Shown here: one piece after another, positions 46,914 through 57,605 of the stretch | Position numbering within the stretch: position 1 is the stretch's first letter | Layout: the number at the start of each line of letters is the position of its first letter | Virus record (IMG/VR): IMGVR_UViG_3300037247_001905 | Location: 1-61,975 of that record | Length of the DNA stretch: 61,975 nt | Direction: 5' to 3' (one strand) | Origin: a virus | Lineage: Duplodnaviria > Caudoviricetes | The notes under the pieces: model-generated | The model's database searches: none | Told to the model about the DNA's origin: nothing | Seen by the model: the letters and a program-made list of their open reading frames with translations, nothing else | Program-made: the position numbers and the translations under genes

Positions 46914-47831
46914 TTACCACCATCGTCCCATCGCCGGCTCCCACGCAATAAAGCCCGGGTCGTTGCGCATGGCGTTGTCGATTGTGTTCCGCTCGAACTG
47001 CGGGCCCACCCTGATAACGCGGTGCTTCAGCGTATTCAGCAGGGTGCGCCTCGCGTTGTGCTGTTTGGTCTCGAACGCCTGTAACGATATCCCGCTGAAC
47101 TTCCCGGCAATCGCCCGCGCCATTGCGATTTCATGGACAATCGCTTCCATCATTGCCTGCGAACCGCGCGGCGCAATCTCGTAGAGCGGAGCCGCCATTG
47201 GTGCCGGATCGAATGCGCTCTTTACGACTACAACACGAGTAACAGGATCGTAGGTGTCGATCACCCGTTCCTGGTGTACGCCACCTGTTGGAATCAGCCG
47301 GAGCACAGATCCGTTATACGCGCTCGGGCGCCGGTCGCGCATCCCCACCGCCGGGTCGTCTTCCAGTATCAACGAGGTCGTAGTTGCGCTTGCGCCTGCT
47401 CCCTCGTGCATCAGCATGTCGCCGGACGGCACATACAACAAGACAAGATCGCTGTCGTCTTTCTGGATGCGCGGGCGAAATACCAACTCGTTTTCTTCAA
47501 CGTACCAGTTCGGCCCTCTCGGGTGGAACTGTCCCCGAGGATAAGCATCGGCCAACAACTCCTTCTCGTCACTGAACTCAACAATGCCCCACACCTCGCC
47601 GACCATCGGCGGCAGCACGGCGCGCTCCTGCTCCTTCGTCAGCGTCAACGAGAGTGTCAGCAATACCGGTTGCGCTTCGGTCAACAGGATCTCGGACCAC
47701 AACTCGACGTACGCCGGGCCGATCAACTGCCGCACAATATAATCGGTGCTCAGCCGATCGCCGTCGCCGATGTCAAGCGCGTTGCGAACGCGCTCGGCAA
47801 TCGTTTCCAGAACCGAGCCAGAGCGGTGCAT
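46914..47831 (-). CDS. Head-tail adaptor / tail tubular protein A (putative)
   Basis: 305 aa downstream of capsid; helical ends around a beta core. Confidence 0.55.
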   Translation of the reverse strand: MHRSGSVLETIAERVRNALDIGDGDRLSTDYIVRQLIGPAYVELWSEILLTEAQPVLLTLSLTLTKEQERAVLPPMVGEVWGIVEFSDEKELLADAYPRGQFHPRGPNWYVEENELVFRPRIQKDDSDLVLLYVPSGDMLMHEGAGASATTTSLILEDDPAVGMRDRRPSAYNGSVLRLIPTGGVHQERVIDTYDPVTRVVVVKSAFDPAPMAAPLYEIAPRGSQAMMEAIVHEIAMARAIAGKFSGISLQAFETKQHNARRTLLNTLKHRVIRVGPQFERNTIDNAMRNDPGFIAWEPAMGRWW

Positions 47832-47834
47832 AGG

Positions 47835-48305
47835 TCACTCCTTGACGATGCTAGTGCGATCCGCAATCCGGCCGACATCAAGCACACGGTCGATGAGATC
47901 CTGATCGCCGGAAGCATCGGCGTGTGGCATGATACCAGCTTCCATCGCCCTCGCGATATCGGGGTCGCCGACCCGCCGTTCCAGCCTGATCTTCTCCGCC
48001 CGCGTCTCGGCGTCTCGTCGCTGCAACTCACTTGCCGCCCAAGCCTGCTCGCGCAACCGCCGTAGAGCCTCGCGGATGTGCAGTTGTTCGGGACGGAGTT
48101 GCTGCATCATGTAGTCGATGCGGGGAGGGAACCAGCCGTCGGCGTAGATCCGGTCGGGATGCCGTTGGAGACACTCCAGGGGCGCCAGCCGCCCGTCCTG
48201 GGCGACAAAGATCGTCCACCCGTGCCGCGTTCTCGCCATCGCAAGGTCCGCCGGCAACTCGTTCAGACGGGCCGCCGAACGCAGCGTTTCAAGATAGCCG
48301 TTCAT
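47835..48305 (-). CDS. Hypothetical late protein
   Basis: 156 aa, coupled. Confidence 0.7.
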   Translation of the reverse strand: MNGYLETLRSAARLNELPADLAMARTRHGWTIFVAQDGRLAPLECLQRHPDRIYADGWFPPRIDYMMQQLRPEQLHIREALRRLREQAWAASELQRRDAETRAEKIRLERRVGDPDIARAMEAGIMPHADASGDQDLIDRVLDVGRIADRTSIVKE

Positions 48306-48493
48306 GTGAGCACCGCTTTCCTGCCCTCACACAATGGGCACGGGATTGGATGTCCTGTGCTGGGCTGCCGATTGCCGTAACCGGAGTTGCGCACTCCGTA
48401 CGTTTTCGGGCAGGGGACATGGCCTTGCCCCTTGCACTCGGGGCACAGCCGCATCGTCAAGCCGTCGGTGAGCTTGAGGGAAGGACCAGTCAT
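48302..48493 (-). CDS. Small Zn-finger protein
   Basis: CPECKGQG...CPLCEG. Confidence 0.5.
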   Translation of the reverse strand: MTGPSLKLTDGLTMRLCPECKGQGHVPCPKTYGVRNSGYGNRQPSTGHPIPCPLCEGRKAVLT

Positions 48494-48495
48494 TG

Positions 48496-48528
48496 AAAGG
48501 GCACCCTCCCTGGTGAGGAAAGGTGCCC
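48496..48528 (-). terminator. Hairpin after the capsid gene (weak terminator or processing site)
   Basis: GGGCACC...GGTGCCC stem followed by TTT on the - strand. Confidence 0.45.
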
Positions 48529-48544
48529 GCCCTCGCACCGACAA

Positions 48545-50140
48545 TCAGTTTGACACCGGACGTGTCGAGTTGACGCCCTCGAGCACCAACATCGGAATCT
48601 GCTTGGTCGGGATGAACTGCATCGTGACCTTGCCCGGCAACTGCTTGAACTCGCTGGGGAGCACAAGCCCGGACGCGTCGGTCTGCATCAACGGGAAGTC
48701 GGCGCGGTCGTGGCCCACGCTCGGCATCGTAAACTCGAACGGGAACGCGGACGGCAGTTGCCCGCCGGCGTCCACACGGCTGTTGGCACTGATCGAGCCG
48801 TCGCCCGGCGGCGTGATGATGGCCCAGTTGCCCTTGCGGAGCATACCGAGCATTACCCCGTCCTCGAAGAACGGCGAGCTAAACCCCTCGTAAGTCCTGC
48901 CTGTTTCCGGATCGGTGATCGCGAAACCCTCACCACGCCCCAATGCGCGCACGCTGCCGACAACGCCCTGCCGTTCGCGCCGTTCGATGGGCTGGAGCGT
49001 CTCGAAGATGTTGGTAAAGATGCCCGGCGCCGCCAGGATCGTGTCCATCTCGAACTGCCAGTAGCTCATCGTCTCCCAGAACCGGGACAGGTAGCTGAGG
49101 AACTTCCGCTCGGTAAGCGAACCGACGTTGTTGAAGTAGAGCGAGGCCACCCAGCCACGGTCGCGGAGGTCGAGATAGTCGTCAGACGTAGTAGTGATGG
49201 CGCTGCCGCGCAGCACGCGGTTCTCTGCATCTGTGGAACCGCCCCACACCGCCCAGTCGCGCCACGAGTAGAACCCACGGTAGCCAAGCGATGCGTCGTA
49301 GGTGTCACGGAACACGACGAATGCGTCCGCGCCGATGTTGCCGGTGGTTGCCCATGTCGCAAAGTTCGAGGCGAACTCGCCCGTGAGAATCACCTTGTTC
49401 TGTTGGGGCAGAACATTGTGAACGAACAACAACTCACGCGTACCGCTGTCCTCATTGATGCGGGTCGTCGACTTCATTAGGTCGACTTCCTGCCCGACAG
49501 CGAAGTAGTGAACGGTCTTCTCGACCGGCGTAAACGTGATCGTCTTCGCCGTCGCGTCAATCGTGTAGGCGCCCGTGCCTGTCGAGGCCCCGAGGCTGCC
49601 CAGCCGATAACTCTGTGACGGGTTGAGATGCCACGACACCGTACCGAAGCGACCGATGTTCGAGCCCATCCCCTTCAGCAAGTCGGGGATGTGCTGCCGA
49701 ATGTTTGCTTCGGTGGCATCCAACCGCGCCATCGTCGCCGACAGCGCAAGGTTGGTGTCAAGCCCGAACATCTGCATCGTCAGACCGTACGGCGTCGGGT
49801 TTGCCCCATGGAGCGGGTTCGGCGCCAACTGGTTGAGTTGGTTGATCGAGATGTTCGTGCCCTTGGTGGTTGTGTCGCCCACCAAGCCGTAGAAGCTGCT
49901 CTTGTGGGACGGCCGGATCACGCCGGCGAGCGAGCCGCGATACCGCTTCTTGAGCAGGAAGTCACGGCCGGGACCGAACTGCCGGAGTTCGGCGCCGGTG
50001 CGCTTTCCGCCGGGGTCGATAATCATGTCCCGAAAGACAGGGCTGAGTTGCGGCAACACCAGCATGGCGCGCGTACCGATCAGTTCGCGCATGGTGGCCG
50101 CGTTCGTCTTCAGATATGTGTCAGCGATTGAACTGGGCAT
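48545..50140 (-). CDS. Major capsid protein (putative)
   Basis: 531 aa after portal and scaffold; strong AAAGGAG RBS; followed by a hairpin. Confidence 0.72.
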   Translation of the reverse strand: MPSSIADTYLKTNAATMRELIGTRAMLVLPQLSPVFRDMIIDPGGKRTGAELRQFGPGRDFLLKKRYRGSLAGVIRPSHKSSFYGLVGDTTTKGTNISINQLNQLAPNPLHGANPTPYGLTMQMFGLDTNLALSATMARLDATEANIRQHIPDLLKGMGSNIGRFGTVSWHLNPSQSYRLGSLGASTGTGAYTIDATAKTITFTPVEKTVHYFAVGQEVDLMKSTTRINEDSGTRELLFVHNVLPQQNKVILTGEFASNFATWATTGNIGADAFVVFRDTYDASLGYRGFYSWRDWAVWGGSTDAENRVLRGSAITTTSDDYLDLRDRGWVASLYFNNVGSLTERKFLSYLSRFWETMSYWQFEMDTILAAPGIFTNIFETLQPIERRERQGVVGSVRALGRGEGFAITDPETGRTYEGFSSPFFEDGVMLGMLRKGNWAIITPPGDGSISANSRVDAGGQLPSAFPFEFTMPSVGHDRADFPLMQTDASGLVLPSEFKQLPGKVTMQFIPTKQIPMLVLEGVNSTRPVSN

Positions 50141-50159
50141 TGCCTAGCTCCTTTGATGC

Positions 50160-51260
50160 TTAGGCTGCGCTCCCCGTGCCCTGTTCTTCAAGCTCGCGCA
50201 TGAGCCTGTCAACGGCCCAATCGTCGAACTCTTGGTCCTGTTCCGCTCCGGTTTTGGAGGGATCGAACTCGGGTCGGGAAACCGCCTTTGGATGTTGGTC
50301 GGACCATGACGGTTCCAGCGAGCCCTCTCCGCCGTACCCTTGCAGCCTGCCCAGCTTCGCCGGGTCGCCGTAAGACGCGCGGGCCTGACTCACCATGCTG
50401 GCGACGGCCTTCTTTGCAAGATCGTCCAGCCAGTCAAGGCTCATCTTACCCGTTTCGGCGAACTTCTGCACCACCAGCTTGCGCATTTCCTCAAAAGCGG
50501 TCTCGTGCAGCCGTTGCTGGGTGCTCTCCACCAGTTCTTTGACCTCGTCTTTGGGGGTCTCCGTCGCCTTTTCCCGCGCTTCCACCAACTTGATGTATTT
50601 GGCGATTTCCGCGTTGGCGAGCGGCCGAAGCGTCTGCTTCATGCTGTACCGCAGTATCTCCTTGAACTCGTCGGTTGGTCCCTTCTTGTCCTTGTCGTCG
50701 GCATCGGCCCCTTTTTTGCCCTTCTTGACGTCTTTGTCGTCGTCCTCGGCGGGGAAGTGCTCGGCGATCTGCTCGTCGATCTGTTCTTTGTCCCACCCCT
50801 GCGAAGCGAGGAACGTACGCATGGCGGTCTGCCGTTGAGTTGCCGTGGCGTCGGCGGCCTTCTCGCCCCAGAGCACCGCCGCCGCGTCGAGCACCTTCTT
50901 CTCGTTCTCGCCCTGTTTTATGGCGGTGTCCCTCGCCGACTCGAGCTTGTGGATGTCCTCGGCGCTGTAGAGCTTGTCGCCGATGCGCACGCGCTTATCG
51001 TCGAGCGCAACGACGCTGCCGGCTTGAGCGCCCTTGTCGGTCAGTTTGTCGATGAGCCCACCGCCACCGGTGTCCTTGCCGCCGTCGTCAGCAGCTTTGC
51101 CTTTCCCCTTGGTTTGGTCGTCGCTTCCCCCACCACCCCCACCACCACCACCCCCACCGCCGCTCGTGTCGTCGCCCTCGGGATGGAACAGCGGATGGAA
51201 TCCGGTGTAGTCGTGTGGGCACAAGGACGCAAGGTTCAATGCCATTGGTGTACGGTGCAT
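50160..51260 (-). CDS. Scaffolding protein (putative)
   Basis: Charged, low-complexity, poly-Gly N-terminal segment; lies between portal and capsid. Confidence 0.7.
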   Translation of the reverse strand: MHRTPMALNLASLCPHDYTGFHPLFHPEGDDTSGGGGGGGGGGGGSDDQTKGKGKAADDGGKDTGGGGLIDKLTDKGAQAGSVVALDDKRVRIGDKLYSAEDIHKLESARDTAIKQGENEKKVLDAAAVLWGEKAADATATQRQTAMRTFLASQGWDKEQIDEQIAEHFPAEDDDKDVKKGKKGADADDKDKKGPTDEFKEILRYSMKQTLRPLANAEIAKYIKLVEAREKATETPKDEVKELVESTQQRLHETAFEEMRKLVVQKFAETGKMSLDWLDDLAKKAVASMVSQARASYGDPAKLGRLQGYGGEGSLEPSWSDQHPKAVSRPEFDPSKTGAEQDQEFDDWAVDRLMRELEEQGTGSAA

Positions 51261-51269
51261 GAGGGTCTC

Positions 51270-53258
51270 CTATCGGGTTTGCGAGGACGCGACCAGTTCG
51301 CGTCCAGGGATCGTACCTGTGGGCGGGTTGGTAAGCAAGGCGATGTCCACCGGGTCCATTGCCGCCGGCGGCATGATCTGATCCATGATCTGCATGAGAA
51401 ACTCGCGGTACTCAATGAACTCGTTGACCACTTCCGTTGAAGCCAACCGCAACTCCGGCCCCGTGATGAACGCGTTGAGCACCCGCAACTGAAACGCGGG
51501 CAACTCGGTAAAGGGCGTGACCCAAAACGGCTGGCTGGGTGATTCGCCATCGCCGTACAACGCGAGGATGTTCATAACGATGGTGCGGTACGCCGCCTCT
51601 TCAGGCGCCAATATCATCGCCGGGTCAAGCCCTTCCTTCACCATCAGCCAACGGAACCGCGCCACATCGGCGACGCCCTGCGACAACAGTTCAAGCGCCT
51701 CGCGCTTCCGCAGCGATGGAGAGGCGGTGCTAATCGCCTTGATCTTGAAAGACAGCCGTGAAATGTCGGGGACGGGGTTGCGGTTGAACGACAGCGTTCC
51801 GCTCTCGAAGTCAATATTGGCGCCTACCAGCGACAGATCCAGCTTGCGCACCCGCAGGCGGTCTCCGCTTCGCAAGAGTTCGGCAATCGCCTCGGTAGTG
51901 GCGTAGCGGTGGGCCGCGCCGTAGGTTCGCGCGATGTTGGCAAGCGGTATGGTCATCGGCTCTTTGTTCTGCTCGTCAAGGAACTGAAGCGCCTGGAGCG
52001 AGTCGATACGGCCCTTGTCCCTTGCCAGATCGCGCACGAGCGCCGTTCGGTCCATCAGGTCGAGCAGGAGTTGCACAACACGCCCCGGCAGTTCAACGCC
52101 GGAACTGTGCGGCGCTATAGTAACCGGCCGCATCGGTGCACGAGAACCCGCGAACGCCAACCGCTCTTCATACGCCAAGATGCGGAGGGAGCGGCCATCG
52201 TCCTTGAAGGCGCGCCTCTCGTGCAGTTTGCCGTGCGGGATAAGCGTGATGGGATAGCGGTCGATGTCCTCGATGTTGTTGACGAGATTCTTTAGCGTAC
52301 GCTCGGCGTCCCGGTGCAGGCTCCAGAATATGTCACACAGTCCCGCACCGTAGAAGCCACCGGTCTCGATCATCCTGCACACGTTGAGCGCCGGCCATGC
52401 GATCAACCCCAGTTCCTTGTAGTCGACGTCGTGCAGGATGTAGTTGCCGGACCACGCCACGAACCGACTCATGCGGCCGAACTGGTCGTGCAACCACAAC
52501 CGACGGAACAGCACGGCGATGTAGCTCTCGTCGCTTTCACCGCCCGTTACACCACTCACGGTGCCTCGTTGATCCAGAAACGTGCGGTGCGCAGCGGTGT
52601 CAAGCGTGTCCGGGTAGCGAAGCTTGAACGCCGTCATCTTGCCAAGGTTGGCGGCAACGCGACTGCCAAACTCCTGCTTGAGCACATCGAGCGGTACATA
52701 CATCTGCCGCATGACGCCGCACGCCTTCGTTCGATCACGCCGCACGAGCGGGAAGGGGAATATCTCACGGGGATGCACGACCTCGTGATCGGCCTGCACG
52801 CCCACGCCCTCCATGCTGTCAACGTGCGTGTGCAGGGCGCAGGTGCCCAGCTTCGTCAGGATCTCATCAAAGGGGATCGCCTGTTCCTTTAGGCGTTGTT
52901 CACTGGTAACGTCGTCGGCGATGACCTGAGCAACGGCTCGGTCGCGGAGTTCGGCTACGGAGATGCCGTCCTTGGCGACCGCCGGCGCCCGATTGATCCC
53001 GGCGAGTACCCCCTGTACCCGATTCAACTGCGACAGCAGTTCTTGGAACTGGCTCTGCCAACGGCCGTCCTGATCGAGTTGGTAGGACGCCACACGGCCG
53101 GCGTGCGCGTCGATCACGTCGAAGCGGCGTGCCCCCTGAACATACGCCTCGAACAGATCCCACTTGGCCCAGTGCCAACGCGCGTCGACTTCAACCTCGC
53201 GCGCATACGCTTCGAGAACGCGTACGAGCTTCTTTTTATCCTTGGGCAGTTGAATCAC
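51270..53258 (-). CDS. Portal protein (putative)
   Basis: 662 aa after TerL; EVVHPREIF and GFYGAGL patterns typical of podovirus portals. Confidence 0.72.
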   Translation of the reverse strand: MIQLPKDKKKLVRVLEAYAREVEVDARWHWAKWDLFEAYVQGARRFDVIDAHAGRVASYQLDQDGRWQSQFQELLSQLNRVQGVLAGINRAPAVAKDGISVAELRDRAVAQVIADDVTSEQRLKEQAIPFDEILTKLGTCALHTHVDSMEGVGVQADHEVVHPREIFPFPLVRRDRTKACGVMRQMYVPLDVLKQEFGSRVAANLGKMTAFKLRYPDTLDTAAHRTFLDQRGTVSGVTGGESDESYIAVLFRRLWLHDQFGRMSRFVAWSGNYILHDVDYKELGLIAWPALNVCRMIETGGFYGAGLCDIFWSLHRDAERTLKNLVNNIEDIDRYPITLIPHGKLHERRAFKDDGRSLRILAYEERLAFAGSRAPMRPVTIAPHSSGVELPGRVVQLLLDLMDRTALVRDLARDKGRIDSLQALQFLDEQNKEPMTIPLANIARTYGAAHRYATTEAIAELLRSGDRLRVRKLDLSLVGANIDFESGTLSFNRNPVPDISRLSFKIKAISTASPSLRKREALELLSQGVADVARFRWLMVKEGLDPAMILAPEEAAYRTIVMNILALYGDGESPSQPFWVTPFTELPAFQLRVLNAFITGPELRLASTEVVNEFIEYREFLMQIMDQIMPPAAMDPVDIALLTNPPTGTIPGRELVASSQTR

Positions 53259-53628
53259 GATCGGCCTCCGCCCGCGCTTCTTCGGGGCTCAGCAGTTGCA
53301 TCCTATCACCAGACGGCTGCCGACGCGAAAGATCCTCCATGATCTCCGTCCGGATACGGTCAAGCCCCTCAGACAACGCCTTCGCGATCGCGGGCCGCAT
53401 CTCCTCCAGCACGGCCGCGCGGTCGGCCTCCGACGCCGGGACCAACCGGCCCTTCTCAACGTCGGCCGCCACCGCAACCAGCGTAACGTAGTGATCGAGC
53501 GGCACGACAATGTGGTCGAGTGACAGCCGCATCACCGTCGAACGCGGCTTGGGCGGCTCGCTCTCGGACTCCTCGCCCATGACGAGTTGACGGAGACGGG
53601 AGACTTCGGCCTGTTCGTCGGGGGTCAT
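53236..53628 (-). CDS. Hypothetical protein between terminase and portal
   Basis: GAGG RBS; coupled. Confidence 0.7.
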   Translation of the reverse strand: MTPDEQAEVSRLRQLVMGEESESEPPKPRSTVMRLSLDHIVVPLDHYVTLVAVAADVEKGRLVPASEADRAAVLEEMRPAIAKALSEGLDRIRTEIMEDLSRRQPSGDRMQLLSPEEARAEADRDSTAQG

Positions 53629-55646
53629 GCGGCACCTCGAGGGTCTTTGGGCGGCGAGCGCCGTCGAGCGGAGATTACGGCGGCGTCGGCGGGGCTCATC
53701 GTAGCAAGCGCCAGCATAAGCTCGTCGTGGCTGAGCCGCTCGCCCTGCTTCAGTCGTTCAATGACGTTGGTCTCGTCCTCCTCGGCGGCATCCTGTTCAG
53801 AGGGCAATCCAGAGACGACAAAGCGATTCATCGAAAGAGTGTCCAGGAAGTCGTCCTTGTTGAGCCCAGTGTTGTCGCCGCCGAGATTCTTGAACCCCTG
53901 TATCTGCTCGGCAAGCCTTGGCCACACCGTGTCATGCGCGTAGCGATACATCCACGGGAACTTGTAGAGCCCGAACTGCATCCTGAAGGTAATCGCGCCA
54001 GCAATCTTTGCGCACTTGGACGTGCGCCCGGGGTTGAAGCCCATGATTTCAGGCAGGTGTTCGCCCTCAAACTCTTTGACGGCCCGCGTGCGCACGACCT
54101 CAAGAAGATCCTGCACAACACCGATGCCGTCCTCGATCGCCTCTACGCCAATAACAGCAGCGCGCCAGAGCACCGCCATTGATATTGCATTGGTCACGAG
54201 ATCACTCTGCTCGGCCTGCGCACCCCACAACCCCAGGCTAAACAGTTCGTTGAAGTCTGTAAGCGCCATGCAATGCGCAACCTTCCAGTCCGAATGGGAG
54301 CCGCTCGTTTTTGAGGTATCACATGTAAGGAAGCGGGGAAAACGCTCGCAGAACTCCGTCAGCGGCATCTTGACAAGTTGCGGTATCTGGGCCTTGCCAA
54401 GCGGCTGCCGCCACCAGCAGATCAGGGTGGGCGACTTCCACGGCGCGTTGAACGCATCGGCGTCGTTTCCCTCGAACCAGTAGCCGTGCTTGTCCTTTTC
54501 GAGCACACCAAACACGGTGCCCGCTGCGCCACCGGGGTTGCCCAGCATCTCTGCCTCAAACGGCGCGTCTCCCATCAGCAGGCGCACCTCGTCAAGCGTC
54601 TTGGTATCGTCGAACAGCCCCAACTCGGATTTCTCAGCGGTGTCCGCAGGCCAACGATGCGGCCAGCACGACACCAGTTTGGAGGTGCCGTCTTCCTGCT
54701 TCACATGTGAAGCCGCCGGCTGGTGAATGCGGAACCACGCGTCAAAGGTCTTATCAACGGCAACCTCGATCTCTTTGCCTGTCTCCGGATCGGTAGCGGT
54801 CGTTGTCTCCATGATGTGCCAGAGGTACGCCTGCTGGTCGATGTATGTGCCAACGTAACTGCATCGCGTGCCCTGCCCCGTAATCATCGGCAACAACTGG
54901 TACCGCATCATGCGGTCAAAGTTCTCGCGCATCTGTTCGCGTGACGACGTCGCCGTGGGATCCCACTCGGCGTCGTCGATCACGATTTCAACGGGGCGCT
55001 TGCCCCGCTTGCGGGCCTCGGCCGACGTACAGAAAAGCCACGACCGATTCGTCAACACGAAGTCGGACATCCCGCTGCGCACCTCGCCGCGCTTGCCGAC
55101 AATCGCGCCGCCGTACTCCGGCGCCCAATCCGCCAACACCCGCTCGTTGTTGGTCAACAGATATTTGGTGTCGTCACCGAAGACCGTCGAAAGATCCTGC
55201 GTCGACGAGCAATAGAGAAATGAATAGCCGGGGTGCGACACCATCTGAAACGGCACCGACTTCTTCCAGTAGAACGTCTTGGCGCCGCCCCGGGGCGCAA
55301 CAGCCGCAACATAGTGGTAGATGACGCGTGCAACCGTGATATGGTCGTGAAACTTCGGCCGGGGGATCGCCTGCCCCTCAAAGAACATGGGGTTGAAGTC
55401 GCCGTCCGCCGTCAGGTAGTACCGCTCCCACAGGTCCAGACCGGCAACGAGCGCGTCGGCCTTGCGCCACCACATCGCCCGCTTGACTTTGGGCGCATCG
55501 CTCGCCTGCGGCGTGTGCAGCGTCCACTGCCGACAGGCGTTTACACGGGCGGCACGACGGCCCTCGTTCGTCAGGCCGTCGTAGTCAGCCGGGAGGGGAT
55601 AGTTCGCATTCCCCTCATCGTAATGAGGAACCTGTTTGACGATCAT
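53625..55646 (-). CDS. terL: Terminase large subunit
   Basis: Walker A APRGGAKT, Walker B IVIDDAE, VGT coupling motif, nuclease TCDTS, SD, VEA, KDDFLDTL. Confidence 0.88.
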   Translation of the reverse strand: MIVKQVPHYDEGNANYPLPADYDGLTNEGRRAARVNACRQWTLHTPQASDAPKVKRAMWWRKADALVAGLDLWERYYLTADGDFNPMFFEGQAIPRPKFHDHITVARVIYHYVAAVAPRGGAKTFYWKKSVPFQMVSHPGYSFLYCSSTQDLSTVFGDDTKYLLTNNERVLADWAPEYGGAIVGKRGEVRSGMSDFVLTNRSWLFCTSAEARKRGKRPVEIVIDDAEWDPTATSSREQMRENFDRMMRYQLLPMITGQGTRCSYVGTYIDQQAYLWHIMETTTATDPETGKEIEVAVDKTFDAWFRIHQPAASHVKQEDGTSKLVSCWPHRWPADTAEKSELGLFDDTKTLDEVRLLMGDAPFEAEMLGNPGGAAGTVFGVLEKDKHGYWFEGNDADAFNAPWKSPTLICWWRQPLGKAQIPQLVKMPLTEFCERFPRFLTCDTSKTSGSHSDWKVAHCMALTDFNELFSLGLWGAQAEQSDLVTNAISMAVLWRAAVIGVEAIEDGIGVVQDLLEVVRTRAVKEFEGEHLPEIMGFNPGRTSKCAKIAGAITFRMQFGLYKFPWMYRYAHDTVWPRLAEQIQGFKNLGGDNTGLNKDDFLDTLSMNRFVVSGLPSEQDAAEEDETNVIERLKQGERLSHDELMLALATMSPADAAVISARRRSPPKDPRGAA

Positions 55647-57172
55647 TCATCGTCTTCGTCTTCATCTTCGGTAGTGTCGTCTTCATCTTCGGCAGACTCG
55701 ACAATACCAGCGTTATCGTCAACGCCATCATTGCCGAAAGCTTCCTTGCCGCCCAAGCCTAGATTCTCACCGCCTGCGATGTTCCACGCAACCATTTCAC
55801 CGCTGGCGGGCAACGGCGGCGCGCCCACCGTAGAGATACCGGCCGCATCCGTGGGCATAGCAACTGTGTCGTCGATGTCGTTGTTGTCGATTGCTTGTTG
55901 AATGCTGTGGCGGAACTCCTGCGCAATGACGTGATCCGACGCTAAAAACACGGCGGGGGCCTTTGCGAGACCGACTTTGCGCGCTTCGCTTGCGTCGATT
56001 GTGATTGTTGCAGGCGTGCCATTTTCCATTGGTGTTTGCGGGTCAAGCACGAGCATCATTGGCATTGTTGTCCACGCGGTCGGCAGCACAAGCGATGTGT
56101 CGCCTTCATTCTCTGCTGCGTGTTGCACGAGCAGCGGGAACGTTGCGTTCTGCCACCCGTATGATACAGCAGCAAATCGCACTTCGACTTCGGTGCCGCT
56201 GTCAAGTGTGATTGTGCAACAAGCGGGCGCGCTAGTTGGTTCACCGAGCACGGTTGCGATTGCTTCGTTGAGATTGACAAGCGATTCCTGTTCTTCAGGA
56301 GTGAACTCGTCCGTAACGGCAAGCTGTAGGGCAAACGCGGCGGCCGTAGAAAGAATCGGCGCGTCCGTCTCAAGGCGGTCACGCAGGATGTCACGGAGTT
56401 TGAGGAGCATGTCGGCGGCAACCGTCGTGATGTCCTCGTTGGGAAGGCGGTGCGCAATGGCTGCCGCGAGTTGGGCAATGTCAACCTCGTCAAGCGGCTG
56501 CTCCTGGGTTTCGACGCGGAGGGGGATCTTGAGACGGTTGGCGACCGCGTGCTTGCGGCGATCCGCGTCGACGCCCCGGCAGTGCTCGTCGAGGATGTGC
56601 AGGGCGAACTCGGTGCGGTCGTCGCCGGACATGTTGCTGACCCGTTGGGCGAACGATTCGGAAGTGAACTCACGCGGCTGAAAGTCCCATGTGGTAGGGA
56701 GTTCGGCGGTGTTGCAGGCGTGCGACGCAACCACCCACGCGCCTGCAAAGCGAGCCAGCATACGCGCAAGCGTGCCGGGTCGCCCGAGGCCGTTGGCGTA
56801 GTGACAGAACATCACGGCGATCGCGGGCACCCAATCGCGGTAGTTGTAGAGTTGCCGTGTGTCTTCGTCGCTGCGGGCGTATCCGATGGCGCAGAGTTCG
56901 GCAGGCGTGTCGTTAGTGAGTTCTCGCTTGACGAGAAGTATGTTGATGATGGCGTCGCGGATCATGTGTCGCGGGGGCAACACCCGGTCGGGGTTCGCCA
57001 CGCTGATTGCGCGCAGGTAGTTGGTGGCGTCAATGTAGAAGTCGTACTCGTTGATCTCGTCCAACAGGAAAGGGATGGAAGAGACGATACTGTCCCGGCA
57101 TTCGTCAGCGCTGGGGGCTGTCTTCACGGCTTGGTCGAGTGACAGGACGGGTGATACGGGCGAGGGTGTCAT
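55643..57172 (-). CDS. Hypothetical acidic protein
   Basis: 509 aa; AGGAG RBS; coupled to TerL. Confidence 0.75.
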   Translation of the reverse strand: MTPSPVSPVLSLDQAVKTAPSADECRDSIVSSIPFLLDEINEYDFYIDATNYLRAISVANPDRVLPPRHMIRDAIINILLVKRELTNDTPAELCAIGYARSDEDTRQLYNYRDWVPAIAVMFCHYANGLGRPGTLARMLARFAGAWVVASHACNTAELPTTWDFQPREFTSESFAQRVSNMSGDDRTEFALHILDEHCRGVDADRRKHAVANRLKIPLRVETQEQPLDEVDIAQLAAAIAHRLPNEDITTVAADMLLKLRDILRDRLETDAPILSTAAAFALQLAVTDEFTPEEQESLVNLNEAIATVLGEPTSAPACCTITLDSGTEVEVRFAAVSYGWQNATFPLLVQHAAENEGDTSLVLPTAWTTMPMMLVLDPQTPMENGTPATITIDASEARKVGLAKAPAVFLASDHVIAQEFRHSIQQAIDNNDIDDTVAMPTDAAGISTVGAPPLPASGEMVAWNIAGGENLGLGGKEAFGNDGVDDNAGIVESAEDEDDTTEDEDEDDE

Positions 57173-57605
57173 TGGCGATCTCCTGGGCTGAGTTGCGGCC
57201 TGCCGTCAGGCTCTTTGCGGTAAGGGTCTGTTCGAGTGCAACGGGCTGTCCGTCCGCCGTACGACCGAGCGCGCGGGCGCGGAGGTGTTGGATCAGGCCG
57301 TCGTCCTCAAGGGCTTTGCGGGCGATTGTACGGAGTTCGCGCATCGCCTGCATCGAGGGGCCGTCCTCGCCGGTGTCGGCGATGTCGATGAGCCGTTCGA
57401 CCTCGGCACGGAGATCCCAGTCGTTCTCGATAAAGGCAATGGCGATCGTGTCGGCCTCGAAGAACGACATGAGCGCCGTGAGCGGGGCTTGTTCGCCGCC
57501 TGGCCGCCGCTTCGCTTTCTTGGAAGAGCGGTCACGGGGGGATCGGGTGCGTTGCTTTGTTTGCGCGTTGTCGGGCACGGCGGTCAATGGTAGCAGCGTT
57601 CGCAA
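57105..57605 (-). CDS. Possible terminase small subunit
   Basis: Helical ~160 aa upstream of TerL; position-based guess, start uncertain. Confidence 0.4.
   Translation of the reverse strand: MRTLLPLTAVPDNAQTKQRTRSPRDRSSKKAKRRPGGEQAPLTALMSFFEADTIAIAFIENDWDLRAEVERLIDIADTGEDGPSMQAMRELRTIARKALEDDGLIQHLRARALGRTADGQPVALEQTLTAKSLTAGRNSAQEIANDTLARITRPVTRPSREDSPQR

Noticed and set aside
46273-47184. 303-aa + strand ORF with LEAV and EP repeats
   Set aside because: Antisense shadow of the Ser/Thr-rich gene and adaptor gene; the - strand ORFs tile the operon with coupled starts and stops
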